From Blepharisma stoltei ATCC 30299 (lineage: Eukaryota > Protista > Ciliophora), in the NCBI GenBank assembly GCA_965603825.1, contig CBFDEM010000043.1, forward strand, positions 62,001-126,000: a stretch of DNA of 64,000 nt. Direction: 5' to 3'. A program made the position numbers and the translations under genes. Of this stretch, positions 60,958 to 64,000 are shown piece by piece. The notes beneath the pieces were generated by a model. It was given only the letters and a program-made list of their open reading frames with translations, did no database searches and was not told the DNA's origin. The first letter of the stretch is position 1. Each line of letters starts with the position of its first letter.

Positions 60958-62976
60958 ATGTCTGGCGTCGACAAATCCTGCCACAGCTGCAAACTAGGCT
61001 TCGATCTTAATGTTAGAAGGCCAAAAATTCTACTCTGTTCACATACTTTATGCACATACTGTATAAACGACTCATTAGAGAATAAAAAGTGTATTCATTG
61101 TAGCTTATGCAGAGTAGATTCAGGGGCAAACATCTCTGATCTGCCAGATAATGAAAGAATTCTAGAGAAGCTTAAAGAAGACTATATTGGATGCTCACAT
61201 CATGAAGGAGTTCCTGCAACACATTTAGACTCAAAAACACTGGAATCGTTGTGCGAAGAGTGCTATAGCGCTCGATCTCAAAAAAATCTGATCAATTTAG
61301 AAGATATAGATTTTAGTGAAATTTTGCAAAATAGATGGCGTGATTTGTCTTCAGAATTGAATGGATTGCCTTATATTCTCAAAAAGAAATATTGGAACTG
61401 TAAAAATGAGTCAAATCAAAAGAAACTCGAGTTTTGCTACAAAATTGCAGCATTTAAGTCGACTGAAATTTTCTGTGATACCCATCCTTTTGTTTCTGCT
61501 AAATGAATTTCTAGAGCTACTTTAGAACCATTATGTGAAAATTGCAGCCAAAAATGTAAAGAAATTATGCCTATAGAAGATGATGATACTGAGGAATTTA
61601 TAAATGGCGTTCTTTATCAAAAGATCTATTCGTCTGATTTAGCCTGCATTCCTTCTATTTATTATGAATATATTAAAAACTATGGGTGGAAGTTGAAAGA
61701 TATGATAGATCTTCATCGATTTTTAAAAGAATCAGAAGGAAAAGAAAAAATCACTGAAAAAACAAAATGCCCTATTTGCCTTTCAAACTTTGGCTTTGGT
61801 TGGGATACTCCTATGAAATTATCATGTTCTGAAGCAAATCACGCAGTTTGTCTAAAATGTTTCAGTAGCGCTGGAAGCAACTTTAGATGCCCATTGGATA
61901 ATAAGGAATGTGAAATGTCAAACCCAACACCCTTGGAAGTAGATGATTTATTTTCTTATCCATGATGCAGAGGCTGCAATGAGATTATGGGGAAAAATCA
62001 AAATATCCCTGTAAAATCAAAATGCATTCATCCTATGTGTAAAGAATGTGAATGATGCCAAATTTGTAAAGACTATGTTATTGAAGACAAAAATGTTATT
62101 GATAAAAATCTAAGCAAAAAGTTGGAATTTATGGAAACATACTGTTTAGAGCATAAAGAGCCAGCAATAAAGTTTAAAAAAGAATTTTGGGAAGTCCAAT
62201 TACTTAACATTGAAATAAGAACATTTCCTAAAGTTTGCTGCAAAAATTGTAAAGGAGGCTCATTTAATTTGAGAAATAAAGATTATTTCAAGATGTTTGA
62301 CACATTAGTTCAAGATGCTTTCTATTGTTTAGTTGAAAATCTATCCAGATTAGATATAAGGTATCAAGAAATTGCTGAGGAATGTAAGGGCGATTTTACA
62401 ATTTCTAATTATAATCAACGCCTTGAAAAAATCCAAGAAATCGCACAGATATTAGAAGGTTTAAGTCAGCCTAATCAAATGATAAAAGAAGAAAAAATAT
62501 TAAACAGATTTGAAGGGATTTATCCTTATGATGGCAGACCAACAAAAGGTTGAAGAGTTTCTAAAGATCAAGTTGAATCAATCTCTTTAACATGCAGTAG
62601 AAATATAGCACTTCTGGGTCTGATATTGGGTGGAGATGTTTCAGGAGCTACGATTCATGCAGATATATATATAGCTTGCTCAGAAAATATTATAGTCGAT
62701 GATCAGAGCCATATAAAAAATTTTGAAATAAAAAGTAAAGAAGAGCAGATTCGATTTGCAAATATGATTGAATTGACAGCAGAAACGAAGTACACTATTT
62801 CTGTGATTTATGACAACATTGGTGGAATATTATTTAATGGAATCCCAGCAAAAAGAAAAATAAAGTTAGAATGCTCAATATATGAAATAGAAGTGGAAAG
62901 CCCTAAGAACAATGGCCAATACCGCCTATATAGAAATGATATCGGAGGGCCAATATTAGGTTTTATTATTTCATAA
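60958..62976 (+). CDS. Multi-RING / B-box E3 ubiquitin ligase with C-terminal PHR-like domain
   Basis: One frame joined by TGA at 61504, 61963, 62053 and 62551. RING (CHSC..CSHTLCTYC..CSLC), B-box-like (CSHH..CEEC; CDTH..CENC), further RING-like units, then RFEG..G-W-RVS..ESISL..GGPILGF (PHR-like). An upstream in-frame ATG at 60907 is an alternative start. Confidence 0.8.
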
Positions 62977-63176
62977 GTAATAGTCATATTTCTGAAATTT
63001 TCTATAATTTAAATATATTATGGTAATGTTAATTAATAGTCCAGATAATTGATTTAGATTCAGCATGCTTGAATGCATTGCTTAAACTACTTATTATAGA
63101 TAAAGAATTTGGTAATTCATATTAATGATCAATTTTATTATTTTAAAACAAACATTATTTTAACTTCAATAAAATT

Positions 63177-64000
63177 ATGTATAATTCTCGTTATGGTAGC
63201 CAAAAACTCATGCAAAATCAAAGAAATGCAGAAACTCTTCTAGAATTTCTACTAGATAAACTCCAAGAAGAAACTAAATCAGAATGTGAGCATCTTGGAT
63301 TTGCAATTGAAGAGCTTTTTCCATTGTAAATTTCAATATAGGAACGCAAAAGAGTTTAACGATAAAGAAACTTCTTCCAAACTTTCTTTACCCCGCTATA
63401 ATCACTATGAACAGAAAAGATTTGTCAAACTTTTAAAAGTTTCCACAGAAATCTGTCAAAAATTAGAAGGAAAAAACCCTTTAGCTTTCGCTAAACTACA
63501 AAATCTTATAAATGGGATAAATCTAAGTGAGTCTTTATCCCCTGTGAAGCCAAAAGGCAGCCTAAATTCAGTATCACATAGCGTTACTTTTCAGTCCCCG
63601 CATGATGTTATTGATTATTGTTATACCAGAGAAAGAAAAAAATATAATCAAAGCTTAAGAGTCCTCAACAATATTTCTACTATAAAAAAAGAAGAATTTG
63701 AAAAAATCCAAGAGAAAATTTCACAATTTGACTTAAAAGAAAAAAAAATTAAAGCAGAATTACAAAAAAAAGAAGAAAAGCACGAAAAACATACAGAAAT
63801 TCAGAATATAAAAAGACATCAACATTTAGAGAAAAAATCAGAAATTGAAGAAATTTTCAAAAAACAATGCGGAAGGCATTTTTTAGAGTTGGAAGGAAAA
63901 ATGAAAAAATTGTCTGAGGCAAACAAAATAAAAATCCGAGAAAAATTAAAAGACAAACACGAGGAGATAAAGAAAAAGATTGAGCAGGATTTTGAAAAAA
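63177..64000 (+). CDS. Coiled-coil protein, 3' end beyond the window
   Basis: ATG 63177, 16-nt intron 63326-63341 (gtaaatttcaatatag), then an open Lys/Glu-rich frame to the window end. Confidence 0.7.

Noticed and set aside
176-64000. Reading the many split ORFs as pseudogenes or sequencing errors
   Set aside because: The breaks are in-frame TGAs at conserved Trp sites or clean 15/16-nt GT-AG introns; full-length proteins are recovered.
1-64000. Telomeric repeats, tRNA or rRNA genes
   Set aside because: None recognised in the window.

Overview
Gene-dense, AT-rich eukaryotic DNA from a heterotrich ciliate, most likely a Blepharisma somatic (macronuclear) genome. Two features explain why the supplied ORF track is fragmented. 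First, TGA encodes Trp: in-frame TGAs sit at conserved Trp positions such as kinase DMW and PhoD EQW, while TAA and TAG are the stops. Second, there are 15-16 nt GT-AG spliceosomal introns; I located 17, all with an A six bases from the 3' end. Re-annotated this way the window holds about 33 protein genes, including BET bromodomain, DZIP1-like, PTC7, VARP/VPS9, NDR, CDPK, RPL10A, SAM carrier, TMEM8/myomaker-like, PEX11, PAS membrane protein, homeobox, IQCE-like, cNMP-binding, PhoD, GDH-like, VPS13, lipase, DnaJ, SCOT-like, importin-11-like, AMPK/SNF1, a GPI-type surface protein, NEK and a multi-RING/B-box/PHR E3 ligase. The most notable observations are: an 82-bp TAT-bounded insertion that looks like a retained germline IES and breaks the GDH gene; a 370-bp MITE-like element with 27-bp terminal inverted repeats; GDH and SCOT homologues that each lack their catalytic residue; intergenic gaps of only 2 and 9 nt; and a tandem duplication with reciprocal decay near the right end. 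Homology calls come from motif recognition by eye; no database search was run.
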